Below are positions 20,426-29,685 of a stretch of 64,000 bases of DNA, piece by piece. Position 1 is the stretch's first letter; each line of letters opens with the position of its first letter. The position numbers and the translations under genes were made by a program. The DNA comes from an uncultured Verrucomicrobiae bacterium (GTDB lineage: Bacteria; Verrucomicrobiota; Verrucomicrobiia; Chthoniobacterales; JAFAMB01), in assembly GCA_963742335.1 (NCBI GenBank), contig CAVULL010000013.1:15297-79296 (forward strand). Direction: 5' to 3'. The notes beneath the pieces were generated by a model. That model had not been told where the DNA came from and made no database searches. It saw nothing but the letters and a program-made list of their open reading frames with translations.

Positions 20426-22792
20426 ATGCACTCGGTCCTTCGAATCGCCTTACTTACTATTCTGGCTTTAGTTCCCAGTGTCGTCTCGGCGCTCAGCCAG
20501 CCAACCCCTGCCTCACCGGCGAAGCCGAATTTGGCTCCCACGCCCGTCCCACTCGTTAAAGTATCGTTGGAAGCGCAATCCGCGCTTGCTTCTCTCAAAG
20601 AGATCGACGCGAACGTATCGGGGCAACGGTCAAACGCGGACGGCTTCACCGGCACTCTCTCGGACCTGACAGGTGAAATCGATGCCAGAACTGCCGACGA
20701 CACGAGGCTCCTGAGCAGCAGTGCGTCCCTTGACGTGCTTTACCGACTCAAGCTCACCTGGCGACAGTTTGAAGTTCGTTTTTCGGTACTAGATGGTCTG
20801 TTGACACGTCATGCAGCGAGTTTGGAAGAACAACTCCAGCGACTGGATCAGTTAGGCAAGACCTGGCAAGCAACGCTCCAGTTGGCGAAAGAGACCGCAA
20901 CGGCTGCGCCAATCTTGCAGCGCGTGCAGAGTGTAGTCGACGCCATCGCACGAACGCAGCAGATGGCCGAATCTGCCCGGCTGCTTGTTTTTACCTTGCA
21001 GAGCCACCTTTCCGAGCAGGAAGCCCGTGTCCAAACAGCTCTGTCTTCGATCGAGCTGGCCGAAAATCGGGCGTTGCAAAATATTTTTGTTAGAGATAGC
21101 CCACCTATCTGGAGCGTTGAGACCAGCCTGGCCACAGAGTGGAAGAAGCACAGCTCTGAGTCGTTTTCTTCGCAATTGAAAACATCCATCGCTTTCACTA
21201 AACGACTCCCTTACGCGTACGTGATCCACGCTCTTTTCATTGGGCTGACAGCCTCGGTGCTGCACTGGATGCGCCGCAGAATTCGAAAATTAGCAGAAGA
21301 AAAACCGGATCTGCAACGCGCTCTGCCGATCCTCGATCTCCCTGTATCAACAGCCGCTGCGCTTTCAATTCTGCTCATCCCGTTGATCTATGAGCAAGCT
21401 CCACGCTTGATTCTTGCCATCATGGGAGCGCTCACGCTGATCCCAGCTGCAGTGATTCTCCGGCGATTGCTGGAGCGTTATTCCTATCCGATCCTCAATG
21501 CAATCGTCATCCTGTATTTCGTTGGTCAATTTCGCGTACTTGTAGCCTCTCTTTCAGTGTTGGCCAGGGTCATATTTCTCTGCCAAATCCTGGGTGCGAC
21601 TATCTTTCTTGTCTGGGTGCTTCGGAGCTGGCGCCTACCGAAGGAAGCGGCTGAAACGCACGGCCACATTTGGCGCACCATCCGAGCGATCGCCAAAATC
21701 GGGCTTGTTATTTTGCCAGTAGCCTTCCTGGTAAATATTTTCGGATTCGTCAATTTGGGAAACCTTCTGGGAATCATCTTTCTCAGGAGCGTTTACATCG
21801 CAGCCATGCTCTACACTGCCATTCGGATCCTCGAAGGATTGATAATTATTGCCCTGCAGGTCCGACCGCTCGGCTCGTTGCGGGTCATTGGCCTCCATCG
21901 CGCGATGCTTACGCGACGGGCCTGCCGCGTACTCGAGTTTTTGGCTTTTTTGTTCTGGTTGAGCCTGCTGATGAACTTTTTCGGTCTGGCAACGCCGTTC
22001 GTCTCGGCGGCTCAAACGGCGGTAAACGCAAACCTAGGCTTCTTTAACATAACTCTTGGTCGCTTCCTGGCCTTCGTGATTGCGATTTGGGCTTCCTTCA
22101 TGGTCTCGAAATTCTTGCGTTTTCTACTCGAAGAAGACGTCTATCATCATTTAAAGCTTGCCCGGGGCATTCCGTACGCGATCTCTACGATGCTTCACTA
22201 TCTCATCCTGCTCCTGGGTCTTTTCATCGGCTTGGGTGCGCTCGGAATTGATCTGACAAAGGTTACCATCCTGGCTGGAGCGTTCAGCGTGGGAATCGGA
22301 TTCGGATTGCAAAACGTGATTAATAATTTTGTGTCCGGACTGATTTTGCTTTTTGAACGTCCAATTAAAGTTGGTGACGTCATCGAGGTCGGTGGAAATG
22401 TTGGAGAAGTCAGTCGCATTGGCATCCGGGCCAGCGTCATTCGCACCGCGGACGGTTCGGAAGTCATTGTGCCGAATGGATCGCTGATCTCGAGTCAGGT
22501 GACCAACTGGACCTTTTCGGATCTCCAGCGCGCGGTCGAAATCTCCGTCAGTGTCATTGGAGGCGTGGATCCTCAACGCGTCATCGAATTGTTGAAAAGT
22601 ACCGCTCTTGCACATTCTGGCGTAACAAAGGAACCACCCCCGCAAGTCTACGTCGTCAACTTCAGTGCCAGTGCGATAAACTTTCAACTTCGAGCGTGGA
22701 CGGATCGTCATCAGGACTGGACACAGCTGCGAAGCGATCTTTCCCTTGCAGTGAACGATGCCTTGGTCCGCGAGAAAATTGCCATCGCGTGA
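20426..22792 (+). CDS. large mechanosensitive channel, MscS/MscK family
   Basis: Signal peptide, long coiled-coil periplasmic region, multiple TMs, and the MscS core FGLQNVINNFVSGLILLFERPIKVGDVIEV. Confidence 0.85.
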   Translation: MHSVLRIALLTILALVPSVVSALSQPTPASPAKPNLAPTPVPLVKVSLEAQSALASLKEIDANVSGQRSNADGFTGTLSDLTGEIDARTADDTRLLSSSASLDVLYRLKLTWRQFEVRFSVLDGLLTRHAASLEEQLQRLDQLGKTWQATLQLAKETATAAPILQRVQSVVDAIARTQQMAESARLLVFTLQSHLSEQEARVQTALSSIELAENRALQNIFVRDSPPIWSVETSLATEWKKHSSESFSSQLKTSIAFTKRLPYAYVIHALFIGLTASVLHWMRRRIRKLAEEKPDLQRALPILDLPVSTAAALSILLIPLIYEQAPRLILAIMGALTLIPAAVILRRLLERYSYPILNAIVILYFVGQFRVLVASLSVLARVIFLCQILGATIFLVWVLRSWRLPKEAAETHGHIWRTIRAIAKIGLVILPVAFLVNIFGFVNLGNLLGIIFLRSVYIAAMLYTAIRILEGLIIIALQVRPLGSLRVIGLHRAMLTRRACRVLEFLAFLFWLSLLMNFFGLATPFVSAAQTAVNANLGFFNITLGRFLAFVIAIWASFMVSKFLRFLLEEDVYHHLKLARGIPYAISTMLHYLILLLGLFIGLGALGIDLTKVTILAGAFSVGIGFGLQNVINNFVSGLILLFERPIKVGDVIEVGGNVGEVSRIGIRASVIRTADGSEVIVPNGSLISSQVTNWTFSDLQRAVEISVSVIGGVDPQRVIELLKSTALAHSGVTKEPPPQVYVVNFSASAINFQLRAWTDRHQDWTQLRSDLSLAVNDALVREKIAIA

Positions 22793-22846
22793 ATCCAACA
22801 GCGGGAAAATTTTACAAGCGCTTTGACTTGTCAGTTTTCGCGCTGA

Positions 22847-23398
22847 TTACCGCCGGCGCAATTCCGTTGCCCGCCGCGTGGGCTTCATGACTGGCGAATA
22901 CCGAGTAAAGAATATTTTCAAGAGGTTGCCCTTACCGAGTCGGGCGTTCAATTCCTCGACCGAGGTGTAGACCAGAAAAAGAACGAAGATCCAAATCTGG
23001 ATAGCCGCGAAGCGGTGCCAGGTGAAGTGAGTTGTCACGTACTCTGGAATCGCTCTGAAGGATCCTCCGGCGAAAAGGTATTCGATCAGCTTTTCCAGAA
23101 ACCGCACGACGAAAACAGCCATCCAATAGACGATCGTTTTAAACAGGATCGGTTGGATCAGCGGAGCCGTGTCAAAGCGGCGCAATAATGGCATTGCGTT
23201 CGCGATCAGCACCGACTTTCCGACCACCAGAGCTGTTACGGTTGCGACCATGAAGTTACCAAGGCTGGCGTAGTAATCAGCGAGAAGAAGGTTGGTCGTC
23301 AGAACGACGAGATTGAAGCCGAAAGCGAAGAACACCGTGGGCGGCACGACTTCGCGGAGCTCTTTGATTACGAATGCGAGGAGACGCGACTTGGACAT
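22847..23398 (-). CDS. hypothetical integral membrane protein
   Basis: 183 aa with four or five hydrophobic helices. Confidence 0.55.
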   Translation of the reverse strand: MSKSRLLAFVIKELREVVPPTVFFAFGFNLVVLTTNLLLADYYASLGNFMVATVTALVVGKSVLIANAMPLLRRFDTAPLIQPILFKTIVYWMAVFVVRFLEKLIEYLFAGGSFRAIPEYVTTHFTWHRFAAIQIWIFVLFLVYTSVEELNARLGKGNLLKIFFTRYSPVMKPTRRATELRRR

Positions 23399-23537
23399 GA
23401 AGGGATTCCTGATTTATCTGCGACAGGCCCGAAGATGTGTTCTCCGTAACCACCTGGACAATAGTCACTCTTATCAGAAAGTCTCCGGAGTCTTCAATGA
23501 TCGCCGGCAGAATACACATGTTATTTCGGGGACAGGA

Positions 23538-23815
23538 CTAGTGCACCGTCTCCTAAATCCCTTGGGCTCCGCCGCAGGTCAGTTGGCTGTTTTTCAAGAC
23601 GCGAGCGAAGCGCCGCTAACTGGATCATAGCGGTCGAGCGAGCAACGTGGAAAAACAGCCAACCGGCCGTGGCCCACAGGGTTGCGTTGAAAATGGGTCG
23701 CCTGCTTCGTTGTTCGTCAGTCACGTATCGATCCAGATATGCTCCTTCCTCCCGCCTCGCAGGCGACCATTTTGAACGCAACGGAGCCCAAGGGATTTAG
23801 GAGACGGTGCATTAG
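23538..23815. mobile_element. 278 bp MITE-like element, complete copy
   Basis: Perfect 30 bp terminal inverted repeat tgcaccgtctcctaaatcccttgggctccg (23542-23571 versus 23782-23811). A second, inverted and truncated copy lies at 51858-52105. Confidence 0.7.
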
Positions 23816-25227
23816 CTCTCCGCTTGCACTTCGATGCGGCCTTCCCGGGCCGCCTTCAGCATTGCTTTATAATCGCGTTCGTTCTGCTCGGCGTAGGCCT
23901 GCGCGAAATCGGCCACCGCCTCGTCGAACTGATCGCCTTTGCCCAGATAGCCCGCGATCAGGGCGGGTTGGCCGGCCCGGGCGTGTGCCCGAGCCAAGGC
24001 CCAACCGCAAACCTCCGCATACTGGCCCATCACGCTAAGAGTGAAAAGCTCCACCAATAGCTTGACCTTCATGTCATGCAGTTGCCGGATATAGAAGTGG
24101 CGACCCTCGCTGCCCTCGGTCCAGCCAAGGAACAGGTCGCTGGCCGACTGCATGAGCCTTAAACCGTTCACCACTCGCTGACCATGATTCCCATAAATAC
24201 TTCTTCCCGCATAGGGCTCCAGGACGGACGGTCCGGCCTCCTTGACCTGAAGGAACAGCGGGTCGTCGACGTCGGCCATCATCAGGACCACGGCACAAAA
24301 TGTACCCACGCTCCCCACACCGACGACCTTGATGGCCAAATCTTTCCTTTGGAAGCGATCCAGCAGGACACGGCGCTCATCAGGCAGGGAATCCCGGTAG
24401 CCCGCAAAAGCGTCCGCCACCCTCGCCTCGAACGCCGGGCCGGCTTGCTCACGCAAATGATAGATCAGAGGAGGATTGTCCCGGATCGTCGGCTCCCCAT
24501 TTTCCTCACTGACCAGCTTTGGGAAATCTGTTTCGAGGACGTCGCTTGTTTGCGCCTTTTGCACGCGCCGCTGGAGGCGTTTTTGCGCCTCTTGGTCCTT
24601 GATCGTGGGAAGAATTGTTTCCAGGTCCAATCGTGCATACCAGATCTCCATCGTGCGCATCTGTGCGAATTCGGCCATCCGTTCCCGGTAGCTTCGAACG
24701 CAGCGGAGAACTATCTTGCGGGCGTCCGATTCGTTGAAACTGTTGCTGCGACTGGCGATAAGAAAGCTTGTTGCTAGCCGTTTGACATCCCATTCCCAGG
24801 GCGCCGGGAGCGTCTCGTCGAAATCGTTAATGTCGAAGACGATCCGGCGTTCCGGCGTGGCAAACGACCCGAAGTTCATCAGGTGAGCGTCACCACAGGC
24901 CTGAACCCGGATCCCCGTGGACGGAGTATGAGCCAGGTCGGCCGCCATGATCGCGGCGGCGCCGCGGTAAAAGACAAACGGCGAGGGAATCATCCGTCCA
25001 TAACGGACCGGAATCAACTCTGGAAGCCTTCCCTTGTTGGATGCTTCCAGAATTTCTACGGGGTCTAAACGGTCCACCGGAGGTTTCCAATGTGCGTGGC
25101 TCCGTCGGGAGCAGGAATTGCGGAGCGCCTTGCCCTCCGCGGAGAGTTGCTCCCGCGAACGTTGCCGAATTACGTTTGGGCTGACAAGTTTGTCCGCTTT
25201 ACCTCGAAGACGTTTCTTTTTTGCCAT
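23812..25227 (-). CDS. DUF2252 family protein
   Basis: RYGRMIPSPFVFYRGAAAIMAADLA...ACGDAHLMNFG is typical of DUF2252. Confidence 0.85.
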   Translation of the reverse strand: MAKKKRLRGKADKLVSPNVIRQRSREQLSAEGKALRNSCSRRSHAHWKPPVDRLDPVEILEASNKGRLPELIPVRYGRMIPSPFVFYRGAAAIMAADLAHTPSTGIRVQACGDAHLMNFGSFATPERRIVFDINDFDETLPAPWEWDVKRLATSFLIASRSNSFNESDARKIVLRCVRSYRERMAEFAQMRTMEIWYARLDLETILPTIKDQEAQKRLQRRVQKAQTSDVLETDFPKLVSEENGEPTIRDNPPLIYHLREQAGPAFEARVADAFAGYRDSLPDERRVLLDRFQRKDLAIKVVGVGSVGTFCAVVLMMADVDDPLFLQVKEAGPSVLEPYAGRSIYGNHGQRVVNGLRLMQSASDLFLGWTEGSEGRHFYIRQLHDMKVKLLVELFTLSVMGQYAEVCGWALARAHARAGQPALIAGYLGKGDQFDEAVADFAQAYAEQNERDYKAMLKAAREGRIEVQAES

Positions 25228-25361
25228 AATGTGAATCCTTTTTAACCGGCTAAGTAAGGTTGATCCGCCGTCCTAGTGTTGGTATTGGCTTGGGGGGATT
25301 GGCTCAGAAAATGGCTATTAAGCGAAGCTACGACTAAACACTGGAAGAAAAAGCTCCTCGC

Positions 25362-25655
25362 TTAGTTCCCCTTGGCCGCCAGTCCTAGGGTGATGCAGAA
25401 CAGGAGGCTTAGAAAAAGCCATGCGGTGATAGAGACCATGATCCCCACCGGGCCCGTCAACAGGCGATTGTGATTCACATCTTCTCTTTCGTTAAACAAC
25501 GCGCCTGAACTTCCGGCCGGGTGATCGAGAAAGCAAGGGTAACCTCTGAATAGCTCCCCTGAGCGCGTCATCTCCGTCAAGCGCTGGTGCGGGAATTTCA
25601 GTATATCCTTGGAATACCTATGATTCCAAAGAACCGTTCTCGTTAACCTTATCAT
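25362..25655 (-). CDS. hypothetical tail-anchored membrane protein
   Basis: 97 aa with a C-terminal hydrophobic helix. Lies 5 nt downstream of the SDR gene. Confidence 0.3.
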   Translation of the reverse strand: MIRLTRTVLWNHRYSKDILKFPHQRLTEMTRSGELFRGYPCFLDHPAGSSGALFNEREDVNHNRLLTGPVGIMVSITAWLFLSLLFCITLGLAAKGN

Positions 25656-25660
25656 TTGCC

Positions 25661-26617
25661 TTAAACTGAGGTTGTCGATTTCTCGGGGCCGAGCATGGGT
25701 AGGTTAGCGATGTGGAACTGCCGCATCACCAAAAAATCAAACCATCTGGTTGGCAACCAGCGTTTGAGAAATGCAGCGATTCTCGCGTCTTGACCCACCA
25801 GGACACGAGCGGGAGCGCGGTGGGCGGTCAACGCACGCAAAACTGCGTCCGCTGCTCTTTCCGGGGGAATAGCGGCGGCGGCAGCTTGAGTCGCCGCCTT
25901 GTGCAAACCGTCGATCTCCGCGGCGTAAAGCTGGTGAGCCGGATGGTTCGGGCCAAATTCTGCCAGAGACGCTTCTCCCTTGCCCCAGATGGCTGTGGCG
26001 ATGGCGCCGGGTTCAATGACGCTCACACCAATACCCTGCCGGCGAAGTTCCAGTCGGAGACTGTCCCCCAGTGCGGTCGTGGCCCATTTGCTGCAGGTAT
26101 ACGGTGCCAGGAATGGCTGGGCAACCCGTCCGCCAATCGAGCTCACCAAGACGAGACGTGGGACATAAATTCCTTGGGCACGGACTCCTTTCCGCAGGAG
26201 AGGCAAAGCGGCGCGGATGACTTCGATCCAGCCGAAAAAATTGATGTCAAATTGGCGTCTCCATTCAGCTGAACTCACTTCTTCCACCGGGCCACCCATC
26301 GCGACGCCCGCGTTGTTGACCAGCGCCCAGAGCCCATCCGCTCCGGTTTCTTCCTGCACCCCCTCCATCGCATTCTGGATCGAGACGTCGTTCGTAACAT
26401 CCAGGATGAGTGGTATTATCCGGCCTTTTTTGCGCGGCGCTTCCTCAGAAATTCCTGAGGCTTCGGTAAGCAATGCGTCACCATCGGCGGAACGGCGAAC
26501 GCCGGCAAATACGTTCACACCTTCGGCGACAAGCCTGAGCGAGATTGCTTTACCAATACCGCTGGAGGTACCGGTCACCAGCGCGGACCTGATGGATGAA
26601 TTTTTTGAGGTGTACAT
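25661..26617 (-). CDS. SDR-family oxidoreductase
   Basis: TGTSSGIGKA (TGxxxGxG), NNAG, and a YTCSK catalytic Y-x3-K. Confidence 0.9.
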   Translation of the reverse strand: MYTSKNSSIRSALVTGTSSGIGKAISLRLVAEGVNVFAGVRRSADGDALLTEASGISEEAPRKKGRIIPLILDVTNDVSIQNAMEGVQEETGADGLWALVNNAGVAMGGPVEEVSSAEWRRQFDINFFGWIEVIRAALPLLRKGVRAQGIYVPRLVLVSSIGGRVAQPFLAPYTCSKWATTALGDSLRLELRRQGIGVSVIEPGAIATAIWGKGEASLAEFGPNHPAHQLYAAEIDGLHKAATQAAAAAIPPERAADAVLRALTAHRAPARVLVGQDARIAAFLKRWLPTRWFDFLVMRQFHIANLPMLGPEKSTTSV

Positions 26618-26731
26618 TGTAAGTGAACGCAGTACGTCTTAGCGGCCCGGTTAGGATCTTCAAGTAATGGCCTTTACCAGGTTTTCTCGTCGAGTACGAA
26701 AATGAAAAACAAATAACCAAAAGGAGATCGC

Positions 26732-27259
26732 GTGGATAAGACACTGTCAGCATATCGGGAGCTGGGGCCCAAGCGTTACCGCGAAACATCAGGCCTCTAT
26801 TACGAAGACTTTGAAGTTGGCGACATATTCGAGCATCGCCCCGGGAGAACGATCACGGATGTAGATAACATCTGGATGACGCTGCTCACCATGAATGTGC
26901 AGCAGGTCCATTTCGATGCGGCCTACGCGGCGAAGACGGAATGGAAGAAGCTGCTGGTGGATAGCACGTTCACCCTCGCGCTGATCACCGGCATGAGCGT
27001 TCGCACGGTGAGTGCCAAGGTCGTCGCCAATCTCGGTTGGGACAAGGTAAAGGCAACCCGTCCGGTTTTCGCCGGCGACACGCTCTATGCAGAATCCACT
27101 GTGCTTTCGAAGCGCGAGTCAAAAAGCAGGCCGACTCAAGGAATCGTGACGGTGTTCACCCGCGGCATCAATCAGGACGGTGTCGAAGTCATGAGCTTCG
27201 AGCGGACCATGCTGATTCATAAAAGGGGACACTCACCGGAAGAAGCGGCCGGCTATTGA
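26732..27259 (+). CDS. MaoC-family (R-specific hydratase-like) dehydratase
   Basis: FEVGDIFEHRPGRTITDVDNIWMTLLTMNVQQVHFD is the hot-dog fold signature. Confidence 0.85.
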   Translation: MDKTLSAYRELGPKRYRETSGLYYEDFEVGDIFEHRPGRTITDVDNIWMTLLTMNVQQVHFDAAYAAKTEWKKLLVDSTFTLALITGMSVRTVSAKVVANLGWDKVKATRPVFAGDTLYAESTVLSKRESKSRPTQGIVTVFTRGINQDGVEVMSFERTMLIHKRGHSPEEAAGY

Positions 27260-27290
27260 AGTCCAGCATCGCGATTTGGCTAACTGCCAG

Positions 27291-27351
27291 GGTAAGCGAA
27301 GCGTCTCGCTTTACCTCTCCGAGTGGAGCAAACCGAGACGGTTCGCCTACC
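27291..27351. repeat. REP-like imperfect palindrome, complete hairpin
   Basis: ggtaagcgaagcgtctcgctttacc-tctccgagtgga-gcaaaccgagacggttcgcctacc. About 20 of 24 arm positions pair. Lies 32 nt after the maoC-like stop. Confidence 0.6.
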
Positions 27352-27390
27352 TTTGCCTACGGTAAGATCGTTCCGGCCATCGGCGAATCC

Positions 27391-27867
27391 TCAACGCGGA
27401 ATCGCGGCTAAATATTCCTGTGCTTCCACTTTGTGTTTAAGACCGGCGAGGGTTTTTCCGGCAATATCATGAATGAAGAATCGCTCCGCCGCCCAACTAG
27501 TGAGAGCCGGTCCAATGGATATCCAATTGCGGTTGTGCTGGTGGTTGATGCTGACGTGGACGAAGCCGCCAGGCCGTTCTTCGAAATTCCAGATCACTTT
27601 CATGCCCCGAGTTGCATGGAGCGTCGATTGAAGATGGTGAAAGTGCAATTGTCGATTGGCGGTGTCTATCAGGAACTCAGAAATCCACCTGACTTTAATT
27701 CTAGAGCTGACGCAGGCCATTCTCACGATTCCGCCCGAGGGCGTTTGTGAAATAAATCGATTATAGCGGTAATGGGGCAGGAACTCCGGCCAACGCGGAA
27801 GGTTGGAAGCCACGCCGAAGATTTTTACCAGAGAGGCGCGGATGGTAATCTCGTCGGTAAGGTTCAT
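27391..27867 (-). CDS. SRPBCC (START/polyketide-cyclase-like) family protein
   Basis: 158 aa with a pattern typical of the SRPBCC fold (IRASLVKIFGVASNLPRWPEFLPHY). Confidence 0.7.
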   Translation of the reverse strand: MNLTDEITIRASLVKIFGVASNLPRWPEFLPHYRYNRFISQTPSGGIVRMACVSSRIKVRWISEFLIDTANRQLHFHHLQSTLHATRGMKVIWNFEERPGGFVHVSINHQHNRNWISIGPALTSWAAERFFIHDIAGKTLAGLKHKVEAQEYLAAIPR

Positions 27868-27930
27868 TCTAATCTAACTAGCTGGTGTGATGCCAGGGCC
27901 AGGAAAGATGGGTATGCAATTCAACGTTCT

Positions 27931-29685
27931 TCAGACGAGATAATAGACTGCTTCTTTTTCGCCTGCTTTACCTTCTCCATTCAAAAGATCGTAGGCGTGG
28001 CGCACCGCATTCAGGGTCGCTGAAAATTTTTCATCCTTTTCCGGGAAGATGCGGTCGGCAGGCAGCCACTCGCTGGCGCGAACGTTGCGCAGGATTTTGG
28101 AAAGACTTGAGCGAACGCCAGCCAAAAGGACGGTGACGCCGCGTTTTTCCGCGTCTCGAAGGAAGTGTTCGAGGTGCTCAATAGCCACCATGTCCGGGTT
28201 GCGGGTTCGTCTGAAGCGCAGCACTACCACTTTGATTTGGGAGCGGATCGTTTCCTGTCTGATTTCATCCAGATAGCGATCCAACTCCGGTGCTGCACCA
28301 AAAAAGAGCTCGCCTTCGAGATCGTAGATTAGCACTGAGTCTGAACGCGGTTCGCCTTGCTCACGCTCCCGGACCACCCGTTCGGGGGTCACGATCAATT
28401 CCCGAATTCCTAGCCTGGAGACACGGGGAACAAAGAGGAGCAGGGAAATCGCGACGCCGATCAGGATGGAATCCTCGACACTAATAAAGATCGCTGCGAA
28501 GGCCGTCGCAAAGACGAGTATCCCATCAAAGCGGGACGCTCGGATCGCGTAGCCGAGTCGTCTCCAGTCAATCAGGCGGGCAGCGGTGATGAAAAGCAGC
28601 CCGGCCAGAGCCGGCTTAGGGATGAAACGTGCGTAAGGCCCGAGTGCGAGTACGGCGATACCTACGATGATACTGGAATAAATGCCAGACATGCGGGTGA
28701 TAGCACCCGACTGATAGTTAATCGCCGAGCGCGTCAGCGAGCCGGAACCGGGTAAAGATTGGAAGAAGCCGCCGACTAAATTGCCCAAGCCTTCGGCGAG
28801 ACACTGACGATTATAGTCCAGCGGTTGGCGCGTGTGGGTGGCAATCGACTTAGCGACGGCCAGCGCTTCGAGTAAGCCGAGAAATGAAATTGCTAAAGCA
28901 CCGCCAAGCAGGCGGTTCACCCACTCGAATTTGATTTCTGCGATGTGGAACGACGGCAAAGCGGCAGGAACCGTTCCGACCACGGAGATAATCGTCTTGC
29001 CATCTGGCTTGGGTGTCGACCAACCAAAGGAGGTGGCCACGATGGATGCGATGATCAGCGCCACCAGCATGTCCATTTGTGGGAGTTTGTATCTGTTTAT
29101 TACTTTTCGCAGCAGCAATGCCGCCAAAAGGGTGCCAAGGCCCAGTCCTATGGCCAGTGGATTGAAGCTGCCGGTTTGTCTGACCGTTTCCCAGAGGTTT
29201 ATCAGCACGGAATGTCCACTACCACCCGCTTTGGGCACTCCCAGAAAATTGCCGACCTGTCCGATCGCCACCAGCAGACCCGCTCCAGCCATGAAACCGA
29301 GCACCACTGATTCTGAAATGTACCGCGTCAAGTCGCCTAGTTTGAAAACTGAAATCAAGATCTGGATCACTCCAACCATGACCCCAAGGAGAAACATTGC
29401 CTGGAATGCGTCAAAGCGCGCGTCGAAGCCGATCAATGCACTGAAGACCACCAGGGAGATGGCGTTGGTCGGTCCGTTAATGAGATGAGACGATGAACCG
29501 AATAAGGAAGCAACCAGGGTCACCACGATAGCCGAATAAAGACCGAATCGAGGGTCGACGCCGGCAATGAGCGCGTAAGCCATCGCCTGCGGGATGGCAA
29601 TGGCGGCGACCGTAGCGCCTGCCACCAGATCGCGCCGCGCGGTGTCGCCCGTATAAGTAAACCGTAGATTGAAGGGTAAGGTCAT
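27931..29685 (-). CDS. SulP-family anion transporter with C-terminal STAS domain
   Basis: AGATVAAIAIPQAMAYALIAGV and the polytopic core. The STAS region is LIYDLEGELFFGAA...VVVLRFRRTRNPD. Confidence 0.9.
   Translation of the reverse strand: MTLPFNLRFTYTGDTARRDLVAGATVAAIAIPQAMAYALIAGVDPRFGLYSAIVVTLVASLFGSSSHLINGPTNAISLVVFSALIGFDARFDAFQAMFLLGVMVGVIQILISVFKLGDLTRYISESVVLGFMAGAGLLVAIGQVGNFLGVPKAGGSGHSVLINLWETVRQTGSFNPLAIGLGLGTLLAALLLRKVINRYKLPQMDMLVALIIASIVATSFGWSTPKPDGKTIISVVGTVPAALPSFHIAEIKFEWVNRLLGGALAISFLGLLEALAVAKSIATHTRQPLDYNRQCLAEGLGNLVGGFFQSLPGSGSLTRSAINYQSGAITRMSGIYSSIIVGIAVLALGPYARFIPKPALAGLLFITAARLIDWRRLGYAIRASRFDGILVFATAFAAIFISVEDSILIGVAISLLLFVPRVSRLGIRELIVTPERVVREREQGEPRSDSVLIYDLEGELFFGAAPELDRYLDEIRQETIRSQIKVVVLRFRRTRNPDMVAIEHLEHFLRDAEKRGVTVLLAGVRSSLSKILRNVRASEWLPADRIFPEKDEKFSATLNAVRHAYDLLNGEGKAGEKEAVYYLV

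Noticed and set aside
23521-23781. 86-aa ORF inside the 278 bp MITE-like element.
   Set aside because: The equivalent frame in the second copy is broken by a 1-nt insertion after about 5 codons, so the ORF is not conserved.
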